A stretch of DNA of 63,563 nt, counting the filler, from Octopus bimaculoides (Eukaryota), in assembly GCF_001194135.2 (NCBI RefSeq). It is 7 parts of 6 records of this genome, joined end to end, with 100 filler letters (N's around TTAATTAATTAA, not from the genome) between each part and the next. Parts side by side here need not be neighbours in the genome. Positions count along the whole stretch, not along the records: positions 15,740 to 32,905 come from NC_068987.1; positions 33,006 to 44,803 come from NC_068994.1; 5 more parts are not named here. One strand, written 5' to 3'. The notes beneath the pieces were generated by a model. It saw nothing but the letters and a program-made list of their open reading frames with translations. It did no database searches and was not told where the DNA came from. The position numbers and the translations under genes were made by a program. Positions within the stretch are counted from its first letter, which is position 1. Every line of letters begins with the position of its first letter. This document shows, piece after piece, positions 27,811 to 40,085 of the stretch.

Positions 27811-28445
27811 AATCAAAGACTAAGGTCCATGATATTGACTAAAACCCTGTCCCTTCAAAAATATTGGCTTTGTGCTTAAATCAGGAACCACTCTTGTAGC
27901 CATCTTAATATTATCCATTGTATTTCATGGAGTTATGTCTACAGATTTAATTACAGCTAGATACCATTCCTATTACCGGTCACTGTGACAGAACGAGCAA
28001 AGTGTTTTTGAAATATCTATGTGTAGAATTATATTTAACACGTTCATGTTTTTTGTCCTAGTGCCATCACAACAGAAGTTATCTTTCTAGACTTGGTGTT
28101 TGTTCCATTCCATAAAAGTGTACCAGACATATTAATCACATAAACCAGTGCTTATCAATTCAAATTACCAACATTGAAATAACAAACTATTAGACCAATA
28201 TATAAACCATTTGAAGAATACATCAATATATATACTATATGTGTATGAGTATGTTTTTGTTAGTATGTATGTGTGTGTGTATATANNNNNNNNNNNNNNN
28301 NNNNNNNNNNNNNNNNNNNNNNNNNNNNNNNNNNNNNNNNNNNNNNNNNNNNNNNNNNNNNNNNNNNNNNNNNNNNNNNNNNNNNNATATATATATCATA
28401 TAAATATATATATGTGTGTGTAAATATATATCATATAATATATAC

Positions 28446-28476
<31 letters not shown>

Positions 28477-28530
28477 CATATATACATATATAAATATATA
28501 TATATGCATATATATATACTGTAGGTACCA

Positions 28531-28908
28531 GAGTGGCTGTGTGGTAAGAAGCTTGCTTTCCAACCACATGGTTCCGGGTTCGGTCCCACTGCATGGCACC
28601 TTGGGCAGGAGTCTTCTGCTATAGCCTCAGGCCAACCAAGCCTTGTGAGTGGATTTGGCAGTCCCATTGCATGGCATCTTGGGCAAGTGTCTTTTGCTAC
28701 AGACTCAGGCTGACCAAAGCCTTGTGAGTAGATTTGGTAGATTGCTTGACAACCAATGTTGGTGAGCAATTTAGCAGTTCAGCAAAAGAGACTGATAGAG
28801 TAAATACTGCAAAGAATTAATCCTGGGGTCATTATCTTTGGCTAAAATAACTCTTTAAGGCAGTGCTCCAGCATGACCGAAGTCAAATGACTAAAACAAG
28901 TAAAAGAA
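28531..28908 (+). mobile_element. SINE family D with an internal duplication
   Basis: agtggctgtgtggtaagaagcttgct head. The block ttgggca.g.gtctt.tgcta.ag.ctcaggc...gccttgtgagt.gatttgg occurs twice. Confidence 0.8.
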
Positions 28909-29502
28909 AGAATATATACTATCCAACCCATTAGTCCAAGAGGACATTAAATGATGATGATGATGCATGTGTATGTGTGTGTGTGTGTGTATGTGTGTGT
29001 GTGTGTGTGTATGTGTGTGTGTGTGTGTATGTGTGTGTGCACACGCGTGTGCATGTGTGTGTGTGGCACAGCAGTGATGATGATAATGACGGTGATTATA
29101 GCGTTGTCTCATCCTTCCAGATTCTGAGTTCCAGCCTTACTACCCTAGATCAACTTGACCCATCACTCACCCACAACACAACCCACCCCACCCTCGTCCC
29201 CCACCCTGCCCCATCATCTCATACAGATACAGGCTCCCATTGAATAAATGCCAGAAATATTACTTGAGTCGATTCAGTCAACTACTTTTATTCCCTTTGC
29301 AGAAAATTCACTGGCTATGTGCCTAGAGGAGGAGGAAGAGGAGGAGGAGGAGGAGGAGAGAAAAAAAAAGTTATTATATTTCTTACATCACAAACAGATT
29401 TCAGGAAAAAATATTCCAAATGTTTGTTGCTTCACAAGTGAGATGAATGAAGAAATATAACAGGAAATTACTTCAGTATTCAGCTGACTGGTGGCTTTCA
29501 AA

Positions 29503-29536
<34 letters not shown>

Positions 29537-29777
29537 GAAGAGAGAAATTTAAGTTGGTGTTTATTATTATAACAGGGTATATTCAAAACAAATGCATCCC
29601 ACAACAGTGCTGATACTTTATATGTAGTAAATATTATCATTTGTATGTATTCATAAGACTTGTGAGGCTAAATGCATGCATGCAACTCATACAGACACAC
29701 ATACATGATAATGTTCATGCACACATGTATACATTAAATATATGTACAAGTAATTTTGCATATATATGAATATATTT

Positions 29778-30100
29778 GTGGAGGCGCAATGGCCCAGTGG
29801 TTAGGGCAGCGGACTCGTGGTCGGAGGATCGCGGTTTCGATTCCCAGACTGGGCGTTGTGAGTGTTTATTGAGTGAAAACACCTAAGCTCCACAAGGCTC
29901 CGTCAGGGGGTGGGGGGTCACCACCACCCCCTGACGTTGTACTCTTTCGCCCCAACTTTCTCTCACTCTTTCTTCCTGTTTCTTGAGTAACGCTGCAATG
30001 GACTGGCATCCCGTCCAGCTGGGGGGAACACATATGCCATAGAAACCGGGACATTGGGCCCATGAGCCTGGCTAGGCTTTGAAAGGGCAACGTTTATCGC
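29778..30100 (+). mobile_element. tRNA-derived SINE family B with tail type 1
   Basis: A-box TGGCCCAGTGG and B-box-like GGTTTCGATTCC. The 3' part contains ctgcaatggactggcatcccgtccag...gaaaccgg. Confidence 0.85.
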
Positions 30101-30502
30101 TTTATGAACATATTTACATCAGTTTCTCTTTCTCTCCCCTATCGCTCCCCCTATCCCTCCCGTCTCTCTCTCTCTCTCTCCCTCTCTCTCTCTTCCTGTA
30201 TAACTTTGATACTCCATAAATCCTAAATTTTATTTTAGAATTTATGGGAGCAACTGTCTTTGATGATTCATATTGTCGTTGAATGCTCGAAATGAGGAGT
30301 AGATAGACAGCCGAAAACTGATGAAGGGTCCTTTCTCTGTGTTTACTCGTCCTGTTTACCACTTTTTTCTCTCATTGTTTACGCATTTAACTCATTTGTT
30401 TATGTATTTTATATTAGGTGCACTGTTGGTAATGTCCTGTAACCATATATGCATGTATATATATATATATATTTATATGTTATTTATTATTATTATTATT
30501 AT

Positions 30503-30716
<214 letters not shown>

Positions 30717-30738
30717 GCATATATGTATGTATCTATGT

Positions 30739-30771
<33 letters not shown>

Positions 30772-31059
30772 GCATCATCATCATTCTAAAACTGCCTTTC
30801 ACACTGGCATGGTTTGGTTGTATCATCAGTCCAAATCACTTCTTATTCACAGTTACTGCCCTTCTTGACAGTTCAGAGAAACTATGTCCCACTCACAAAT
30901 TCATTTCTGAATTGGCTTCTACAGCCCTCCTATCAGCAAGCACTTTACAGAGAATACTCCATGGATTTTGTGGTAGTATCAACAATAAAGAGGTTGCTCT
31001 CCTCGATAAGACGAAAATAAAAATAAAAAGACTTCTCTTGATCTTATTTTGTCTGTGTT

Positions 31060-31320
31060 AGATATCTAACCAGGTTAAAAGGCATCCAGTCCACACTGTA
31101 AAGTGGTTGGTGTTTGGAAGAGCATCCAGCTGTAAAAAGACCATGGAAAAACAGACTTTACAGGTGCTGGTGCCACATAAAAAGCACTGTCCACTCTGTA
31201 AGGTGGTTGGTGTAAGGAAGGGCACAAAGCCGTAAAGATCATGCCAAAACATCTCTTCTAGCTTACCAACTCCTGCCAAACCGTCTGACCCATTCCAGCA
31301 TGGAAAACAGGTGATGATGT
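31060..31320 (+). mobile_element. Diverged copy of the (GAT)n-tailed LINE 3' end
   Basis: Contains repeated ggttggtgt...aagagcatccagctgtaaaa blocks and cccattccagcatggaaaa, followed by GAT-derived low complexity. Confidence 0.65.
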
Positions 31321-31918
31321 CGATGACAACGATGATGATGAAGATGACAACAATGACGGTGACATCAATGACGATGAAAATGACAACAAAAATGATGATG
31401 ATCATCATCATCATCGTCATTGTCATCATCACCATCATTGCACTAGCACTAGATGGAAGAGGCCTGCCTTTAAAACTAAAGATTCTTCACTGTTCTGTAC
31501 TGTATCATTCTGCCCAATGTCACATGATCAATAAAATATATATTAAAGACAATTGTGATGAGAGAACTGGGATTGTGTGGTTGAAGGGAAAAAGGAGATG
31601 ATGGTAGAGATAAATTCAAAGGGGTGAGGGGATAGAAAAGAGGGAGAACAGAAGTGATGTTGACTGTTAATATCAAAGGGGTGATAGTGACTGAGGGGCT
31701 TGAGTGAGGGAGGTCCCTTGCCATAGTTCATTACATTGGCAGAATGGCTCAAAAGTAAGCTAACAAGTGTCAAACAGACAAGATGTTAGGACAAGTCTGT
31801 AGACATTCCTATACAGGCAGCACTGTAAAGAAGTTTAATTATAATAATAACACCCACCTTCGACACGCACGCTTGCATGCACATATGCATGCACAGACAC
31901 TCACACATACATGCTAAA

Positions 31919-31951
<33 letters not shown>

Positions 31952-32109
31952 AAAATCACACACAGACACGCACACACGCATACACATACACACATATATC
32001 ATATGATTATTTGATATCATTCTTCCTTTGCACCAATGATATATGGCATGATTGCTACGGACATTCTCATATCATGTTACATAAGTTTCCTCTTGTTTAT
32101 TAAACAGTT

Positions 32110-32145
<36 letters not shown>

Positions 32146-32184
32146 CATCATCATCATCATCATCATCATCGTCATCATGATGAA

Positions 32185-32530
32185 GGCACATGGCTCAGTG
32201 GTTAGACCGTCAGGCTCACAATCATGAGGTACTGAGTTCGATTCCTGGACAAGGCTGTGTGTTGTGTTCTTGAGCAAGACACTTTATTTCACATTGCTCC
32301 AGTTCACTCCATTGTAAAAATGAGTTGTAGCATCACTGGTGCCAAGCTGCATCAACCTTTCCCTTGGATAACATTGGTGGTATGAAGAGAGAAGGCTGGT
32401 ATGCAAGGTTGGTATGCTGGTATGCATGGGCAACCGCTGGTCTTCCATAAACAAGAGACTTGTACATAGGAGGGGAACTTCCTAGGTGCAATTCTATGGT
32501 CATTCATGACCAAAGCGGGTCTTTACTTAA
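32185..32530 (+). mobile_element. SINE family C with tail type 3
   Basis: tggctcagtggttag / gagttcgattcc boxes and ttgtgttcttgagcaagacacttt core. The different tail ends ctaggtgcaattctatggtcattcatgacc; its reverse complement recurs at 35100-35153. Confidence 0.8.
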
Positions 32531-32699
32531 CTGTATCATCATCATTTAATGTCTACTTATCCACAACATCTTGCCATGAAAATGAACATGTGAGCGTGCT
32601 GTTAAAGTTGTTGCACACCCTTCGTAATTAATTTTTTTGCCATTGTCCCATTATCCTACAATACGCCCAGTGTCATATTATGATACCATGTGCTGTGAG

Positions 32700-32874
32700 A
32701 TGTGTTATTTCAGGACACCTGCCATCAGATTGCAAGCAGCGGTAAGCTTGGTACTTATTCTATCAGTCTCTTTTGCCAAGCTGCTAATTTACGGGGACAT
32801 AAACACACCAACATCAGTTGTCAAGTGACGATGGGGGGACAAACACAAACACAAAGACACACACACATAATTAT

Positions 32875-32905
<31 letters not shown>

Positions 32906-33005
32906 NNNNNNNNNNNNNNNNNNNNNNNNNNNNNNNNNNNNNNNNNNNNTTAATTAATTAANNNNNNNNNNNNNNNNNNNNNNNNNNNNNNNNNNNNNNN
33001 NNNNN

Positions 33006-33057
<52 letters not shown>

Positions 33058-33195
33058 CCGTCTACCAAATCCACTCACAAGGCTTTGGTTGGCCAGAGGC
33101 TATAGTAGAAGACACTTGCCCAAGGTGCCACGTAATGGGAATGAACCTGATACCATGTGGTTTGCAAGCAAGCTACTTACCAGACAGCCACTCCT
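32700..33195 (-). mobile_element. SINE family D spanning the artificial linker at 32906-33005
   Basis: The 3' half (32700-32860) and 5' half (33058-33195) are in the correct order and strand on either side of the TA tract and gap. Confidence 0.75.
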
Positions 33196-33279
33196 TTTAT
33201 GTATATATAAAAACACACTCACAAAACTTCTGAAGTCATTCAGTAGTTCAATTATATATATATATATAAACACTCACAC

Positions 33280-34730
33280 AGAAAGCTACTGAAGCCATTC
33301 AGTGGTTCTATTCTCTAAACTCTAAACATACTTTTAAATTTATCGAGGTTGACATTGACCAATACTACTCTAGCATATACCCTATTCTTCCAAACAAAGC
33401 TCTAATTTTCACCAGAAAACACTTGAACCTATCTCACGATGATATTGGTATCATCTTAGCAGCCTGCTGACCTATCATACTATTCAATGGAAAATCCTGG
33501 GCCTGTAAGGATACACCCAACTTTTTTGACATCCCCATGGGACCCAGTGACTCTGCCCAAGTTACAGACCTTGTAGGCTGTTACCTAGTTAACGGTCTTT
33601 AAGAACAATTCCCTAACATCTCCGGTGGTCTATACAGAGATGATGTTCTATTTGCAATCCAGAATTTTAGCAATTAGAAAATTGAACAGACTAGAAAAAG
33701 ATAAAAATTTTTTTTTTTTTAAATGGCCTTAGCATTTCCTTCTGTAACAACTTTAAAACTGCCAGTTTCTTAGATGTCACCCTGGACTTACAAAACCAAA
33801 CCTTCTAACCATACCACAAACATGATGAGAACCTCAACTACGTCAACTTTTCCTCCAACCACCCAACTTCCATCATAAAATATATCGTAGATAGTGTTTC
33901 CTCTCTATCTGTCAATAAGAAAATATTTGGCCAATATGCAGAATATTATAATACCTTTGGAAATGTGCTGTGCGTGAGAAGACCCGGCAAGCCAAGTAAG
34001 ATCGTTGCCAGTGCCCCTGGACTGGTTCTTGTGCGGGTGGCACATGAGATGCACCATTTTGAGCGTGGCCGTTGCCAGTACCGCCTGACTGGCTCCCGTA
34101 GGATTTTCGAGCGAGATCGTTGCCAGTGCCCCTGGACTGGCTTGTGCGGGTGGCACATAAAAGACACCATTTCGAGCGTGGCCGTTTTCGTGCGGGTGAC
34201 ACGTAAAAGCACCCACTACACTCTCTGAGTGGTTGGCATTAGGAAGGGCATCCAGCTGTAGAAACTCTGCCAAATTAGACTGGAGCCTGGTGTTGCCATC
34301 CGGTTTCACCAGTCCTCAGTCAAATCGTCCAACCCATGCTAGCATGGAAAGCGGACGTTAAACGATGATGATGATGATGATGATGATGACCGGCAATATG
34401 CTGGTTATAAAAATTCAATCGAATATATCCCTATGTGGTATATTTTTCCCTCCACTAAACCCAAAACCCAAAACAGTTCTGCCCCAACCTCAAATAGAGC
34501 ACAAAATATCTGCCATATCCCACTACCCCACTATCCATCCAAATCTCTATCCATCCAAATCTCCCACCAGGTAATCCCTAATTCTAGATATGTAGCAACC
34601 CACTGAAATCGACACCAGTGTGCACCTCCAAAGCCCTATCCTCACCCCAATAATCCCACCAATCGGAATAAACAAACAAGAACCTGCAACATTATCTGGT
34701 TCCATCTCCTTTTTTTCCTTAATGTTTGGT
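33280..34730 (+). pseudogene. Older Naiad-type PLE RT relic, interrupted by a LINE 3' end
   Basis: Translates as EAIQWFYSLNSKHTFKFIEVDI...FFDIPMGPSDSAQVTDLVG...GGLYRDDVL...FLDVTLDL...SSNHPTS with several stops. After the insertion at 33958-34390 it resumes as AGYKNSIEYIP and then a low-complexity Pro-rich stretch. The 3' boundary is approximate. Confidence 0.85.
33958..34390 (+). mobile_element. 5'-truncated LINE 3' end (probably RTE clade) with a (GAT)n tail, inserted in the PLE relic
   Basis: Begins with the terminal codons WKCAVREKTRQAK*. The UTR contains internal subrepeats and the conserved block ggttggcattaggaagggcatccagctgtagaaac, and ends in (GAT)n. Confidence 0.8.
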
Positions 34731-34742
34731 GGTGTTAAAAGT

Positions 34743-34781
<39 letters not shown>

Positions 34782-35048
34782 GTAGATATATGCAGTCATC
34801 ACGTTTGGTTAAAATGGCTTATTGATGTTGTTTCTCTTTTTTTCTCTGATGAGAAGATTGCATTGTTTTACATGATTTTATTCCCTCTGGAATAATACCA
34901 ATGCTTTCTTCAAAACATATGTCAGAAGTATAAAGATTTGAATAACACCTGTGTTTAACTCCATTTCTTTATTTATATGTCATATTTTTTCCATGTTATT
35001 GTACACATTAAAAAAATACACATACATTTATATGTATATATATAAATG

Positions 35049-35094
<46 letters not shown>

Positions 35095-36131
35095 GCTGAG
35101 ACTCCCTTCGGTCATGACAGACCATGGGATTGCACCTAGAAAGTTACCCTCCCNNNNNNNNNNNNNNNNNNNNNNNNNNNNNNNNNNNNNNNNNNNNNNN
35201 NNNNNNNNNNNNNNNNNNNNNNNNNNNNNNNNNNNNNNNNNNNNNNNNNNNNNNNNNNNNNNNNNNNNNNNNNNNNNNNNNNNNNNNNNNNNNNNNNNNN
35301 NNNNNNNNNNNNNNNNNNNNNNNNNNNNNNNNNNNNNNNNNNNNNNNNNNNNNNNNNNNNNNNNNNNNNNNNNNNNNNNNNNNNNNNNNNNNNNNNNNNN
35401 NNNNNNNNNNNNNNNNNNNNNNNNNNNNNNNNNNNNNNNNNNNNNNNNNNNNNNNNNNNNNNNNNNNNNNNNNNNNNNNNNNNNNNNNNNNNNNNNNNNN
35501 NNNNNNNNNNNNNNNNNNNNNNNNNNNNNNNNNNNNNNNNNNNNNNNNNNNNNNNNNNNNNNNNNNNNNNNNNNNNNNNNNNNNNNNNNNNNNNNNNNNN
35601 NNNNNNNNNNNNNNNNNNNNNNNNNNNNNNNNNNNNNNNNNNNNNNNNNNNNNNNNNNNNNNNNNNNNNNNNNNNNNNNNNNNNNNNNNNNNNNNNNNNN
35701 NNNNNNNNNNNNNNNNNNNNNNNNNNNNNNNNNNNNNNNNNNNNNNNNNNNNNNNNNNNNNNNNNNNNNNNNNNNNNNNNNNNNNNNNNNNNNNNNNNNN
35801 NNNNNNNNNNNNNNNNNNNNNNNNNNNNNNNNNNNNNNNNNNNNNNNNNNNNNNNNNNNNNNNNNNNNNNNNNNNNNNNNNNNNNNNNNNNNNNNNNNNN
35901 NNNNNNNNNNNNNNNNNNNNNNNNNNNNNNATATATATATATATATATATATACCCATACATACATGTGCATACACATATATATACTCACATATATATAC
36001 ACATACACAATTTTATACATATACATAAATGTGTACACACATGCATATATACACAAGCATGCATACACATATACACACACACACACATGTATACACATGG
36101 ACACATACACGCATATATACACACACATTTG

Positions 36132-36511
36132 TACGCATATACACACGGTAGGCATGTGGTGATTGATATTAAAGCAGTGCTATATGTATAGGAAAATGAT
36201 GCTTATATTAATTAGTAAGATATTAAATGATTGACAATTAATAAAGGTAATTGGTGGTCTATTAATCTACAGAGATAGATTATGTTGTTAAGTTAGATGG
36301 AAATGAGAGGGGCAAGAAGAAGGGGTTAAAGGAGTAAAAATTACTTGTAAAAACTAAGTTAATATTATTACCAAAGTTTACTTCGATAATCACGTTCGAT
36401 ATCTGTTGGTGCAATGGTTTTCCAAGAGATAAAATAGCATTTTATATTGTTCAGTAATTTATACGCCATAGAGCAGAGAGAAGAGAATATTTATGTTTTG
36501 GATTCATCTTA
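36132..36511 (+). repeat. Left arm of the inverted repeat flanking the PLE
   Basis: Reverse complement of 38491-38872. It ends about 6 nt before RT homology begins. Confidence 0.92.
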
Positions 36512-36517
36512 TGATGA

Positions 36518-38228
36518 TTACAGGTAGTAGATTGGTTTCGTAACATCAATGATAAACATAACACCAAATTTATCCAGTTTGATATATCTAATTTCTATTC
36601 TTCAATTAACTCCATTATATTAAATAAAGCACTTTGGTTTGCTCACAATAAGGCGGGTCTTTCTAGAGAAGAGATTGGTGTTGTTTTAGCCGCCAGAAAA
36701 TCTATAATTAAATTTAATAATAAACTATGGACACGTAAGGACACTCCAGATGGTTTTGACGTCCCTATGGGAAGCTCCGACTCAGCACAAATAGCTGACT
36801 TGGTCTGCACATATATTCTATATGAATTGGCATACCAATTCCCAACCATTAAGGGTGGTCTATACCGGGATGACTGTTTACTTTATCTAAATAATACCAC
36901 AAACCAAAAAATATAAAAAATTAAAAATAGACTAGTCAGATTTTTCAGTAGAATGGGCTTTAATATAACCTTTGAAGATGAAACATCCATAGCCAATTTC
37001 CTAGATGTCACTCTAGACCTACACACAAAAACCTTCTTCTCTTACCACAAACCCTCCACTAACTTTAAGTATATTGGCCAGTTTAGTAATCATCCCAAAT
37101 CGGAAACAAGAAATTTAGTTAGGAACATCTCACTTAGATTATCAAACCTATCCACAAATGAAAATATTTTCAATAAGGAAGCTGACTTTTACAACTCTGC
37201 CTTATTAAAAGCAGGGTATAAAGAAAAAGTTAGTTACATTAATTCTACTTACGAAATTGATACCTGTAATGATATAGATATTAAAATTGATAGCAACGAT
37301 AAATACAATAATCATTCTCATCATAAACCTATTGACGATAACAAACAATCAAACGTTTCTTTACATTATAGGGGAGTTTAAACCCTTTTTCAATAATAAT
37401 AATAATAGATTGAAGTTCTTTAGAAATAATAATAACACACATACTAAACCTAAATCTGATAAAAATATCTGGCTGATAATTCCATTTGGAAAACAAATTA
37501 AATCAAATCTGGTTTCCCAGATCCGAAATGCTGTTAATAAGAATTTTCCAAGACATTCTTACTATTACCCAGTCATAAACACGCACAAGGTTAGATTTGG
37601 ATTCTCAAACACTAAAAACATCTCGCAAATAATATCCGCACACAATATAAGACTATTAAATTCACAAGAAAGTACCGATAGCAATAACATTAATTCAGAC
37701 AATACAAACCATTACTATCATAACAATAATAATACTAATAATAAACCAAGGAACAATAATTATAATATGAAATATAGTAATAATAATTACAACAACAACA
37801 TCATTATTTCGGAAGTTAATAGCAAAAGAATTAGTTTTTTAAGTGATAATGCCAAACTCAAAAACACTATATATCAATGCCAGATCAGCACTCCTACAAA
37901 TGTGTCTTTTTACATTGGATCATCCCCTTCACCAATATCCACTAGAATTTCTAACCATTATTCTTCCTTTAAAGATAGAAATAAACGCAATACCACGAGC
38001 CTTAGCAAATTAATTTGGGAACTTAAAGAGAACAGCATAAAATTTAAATTAGACTGGCTAATTCTATCCACATCTATACCATATGACAAAGGTAAGAAAT
38101 TCTGCCCATTATGCAATACGGAACTGTTCTTCATTTTATTCTCGAAGAATAAACTGGTGAACACGTTCATCGAAAACTCATACAGATGTAAACACTGGCA
38201 GCAACATGTATTTTTTTCCTTCAGGTAA
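36518..38228 (+). pseudogene. Disrupted PLE polyprotein: reverse transcriptase plus GIY-YIG endonuclease
   Basis: Manual translation gives QVVDWFRNINDKHNTKFIQFDISNFYSSI...FDVPMGSSDSAQIADLV...GGLYRDDCL (YRDD at 36863-36874), an in-frame TAA at 36914-36916, then NFLDVTLDL...FSNHPKS. One frameshift near 37300-37380 leads to NIWLIIPF...IISAHN...NTIYQCQI...FYIGSS...TRISNH...SLSKLIWELK...CPLCNTE...CKH. GLYRDD, FDVxMGS and this C-terminal EN layout match the Naiad/Chlamys clade as I know it. Confidence 0.92.
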
Positions 38229-38490
38229 AAAAATGCTTANNNNNNNNNNAAACATTACTTCCTACGATGTTCAATATGTTGTGCTCAATTAACCTTATTC
38301 ACTTGATTTCATAGTTCTTTCGTACATCCATATCATTCATTTACTACTTTCACTTTATTCAGCAAAAACAGGAGTTATTTATCCTGTTCCAAGTTATATT
38401 AGTGGCATTATTCTACGTCTACGAATTCCATTTGTCCTCTTAAACTTCCTTAGACACATCTAAGATTCTGAAAACAATCCTAGTTCATTG

Positions 38491-38872
38491 TAAGATGAAT
38501 CCAAAACATATAAATATTCTCTTCTCTCTGCTCTATGGCGTATAAATTACTGAACAATATAACATTCTATTTCATCTCTTGGAAAACCCTTGCACTAACA
38601 GATATCGAACGTGATTATCGAAGTAAACTTTGGAAATAATATTAACTTAGTCTTTACAAGTAATTTTTACTCCTTCACCCCCTTCTTCTTGCCTCTTTCA
38701 TTTCCATCTAACTTAACAACATAATCTATCTCTGTAGATTAATAGACCACCAATTACCTTTATTAATTGTCAATCATTTAATATCTTATTAATTAATATA
38801 AGCATCATTTTCCTATACATATAGCACTGCTTTAATATCAGTCACCACACGACTACCGTGTGTATATGCGTA
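38491..38872 (-). repeat. Right arm of the inverted repeat flanking the PLE
   Basis: Reverse complement of 36132-36511. Confidence 0.92.
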
Positions 38873-39001
38873 TTAGTTTAACGCTCGGGAATAGAGAAAG
38901 TCTTTGACGTTTCGAGCCTACGCTCTTCAACTGAAAGGAACACAGAAAGAAACAAGGAGAAAAGAAATATAAATGTAGTGGTCAGCGATCTACTATGGCG
39001 A
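38868..39001 (-). repeat. Dispersed repeat carrying the hammerhead-like motif (possible PLE pseudo-LTR)
   Basis: Homologous to 41345-41462 (shared tagtttaacgctcgggaa / gctcttcaac.gaaaggaa / atggcg). Confidence 0.65.
38902..38937 (-). ncRNA. Degenerate minimal hammerhead-like motif in a dispersed repeat next to the PLE
   Basis: Minus strand reads CTTT-CAGTTGA-A-GAGC(GTAG)GCTC-GAAA-C-GTC-AAAG: 4-bp stems I and II and an ACGT palindrome. The core differs from CUGANGA at two positions. Confidence 0.45.
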
Positions 39002-40038
39002 ATATATATGTGTATGTATATATATGTGTATGTATATATATGTGTATGTATATAATATGTGTATGTATATATATGTGTATGTATATATATGTATTTAAAC
39101 TTCCCTGTACGGTTCATGCTTTGGACTGCCACTAATACTATTATTTATAACTAATAGTAATATTTTTATGTTAATAGATTATTCACTTAGTTCATTTCGG
39201 AAGGTACCTTGGAGCTTCGCACAGACAAGCAAGCATGGTTGAGGTGAATGTTTTTAAATTTGGCTTTTTTTAACTGATGAGTGGATAAGTGCTTCTCAGT
39301 ACACGACCAGAAATCGATATTAGGTTATCTGCCATTCCTTTTGTATATGAGTCTACCTTCTAGAAGGAAGTTCTCATGAGAACTAGGGGTGCTTCATTTC
39401 CATTGGTTCACATGCAAGTCAACCCATAGCTGAGACCCTAACTGGTGATACTACTCTGGATCAGAGTAGGCTTGGGAACAATCGTGGATAAAGTTCTGCA
39501 CTTCTCAAAACCCAGGAACTCCCAAACTAGATCCTCACTACCAAACACACACATGCATGCATACACACACATGCATGCATACACACACATGCATGCATAC
39601 ACACACACTCACATTGCCACCCCCACATTTACACTCCATTTTTAAATTTAGATTTTCCATGCCATCATAGGTTGGAGGAGGTTCATTAAGACCATATTCT
39701 TCAACCAGGTGCCATTCCTGTTGTCAACCCTGGCCTGTTTTTCAACTGAGATATTTTGACTCGGCTAATCTTCACACATTGAAACAGATGAATTGATGGG
39801 AGACATAAACATAATGTTACTATTATTCACAAGGTGTCGATGCAGAGACACAAGAAAAACAGTCAGATACACAAACACACTTCTGTATAGTTTCTGTCTG
39901 CCAATTTCACATCAAGACATAGGTTAGATTGGAGCTTATCCAAGGGGCAGTGGGTTGGAACTCAAATCCATGTGATTACAAAGCAAAGTTACACTACACT
40001 CATATATGTATAAACATACATGTATATCTATCCATCCG

Positions 40039-40085
<47 letters not shown>

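Larger units (their letters stand above)
36132..38872 (+). mobile_element. Penelope-like retroelement (Naiad-type), 5'-truncated, bounded by ~380-bp inverted repeats
   Basis: RT and GIY-YIG reading frames at 36518-38228. 36132-36511 is the reverse complement of 38491-38872 (about 15 substitutions and one 2-nt indel by manual alignment). A 10-N gap lies at 38240-38249. Confidence 0.88.

Noticed and set aside
29778-29860. tRNA gene
   Set aside because: A and B boxes are present, but the sequence continues into a SINE body and the same head recurs at 61050-61130. The same applies to the other tRNA-like heads.
33280-38228. Selenocysteine recoding, reported for some Naiad elements
   Set aside because: The younger copy's internal stop is TAA. 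The TGA in the older copy aligns with an Arg codon and coexists with TAA/TAG stops. No SECIS can be assessed because a gap follows the ORF.
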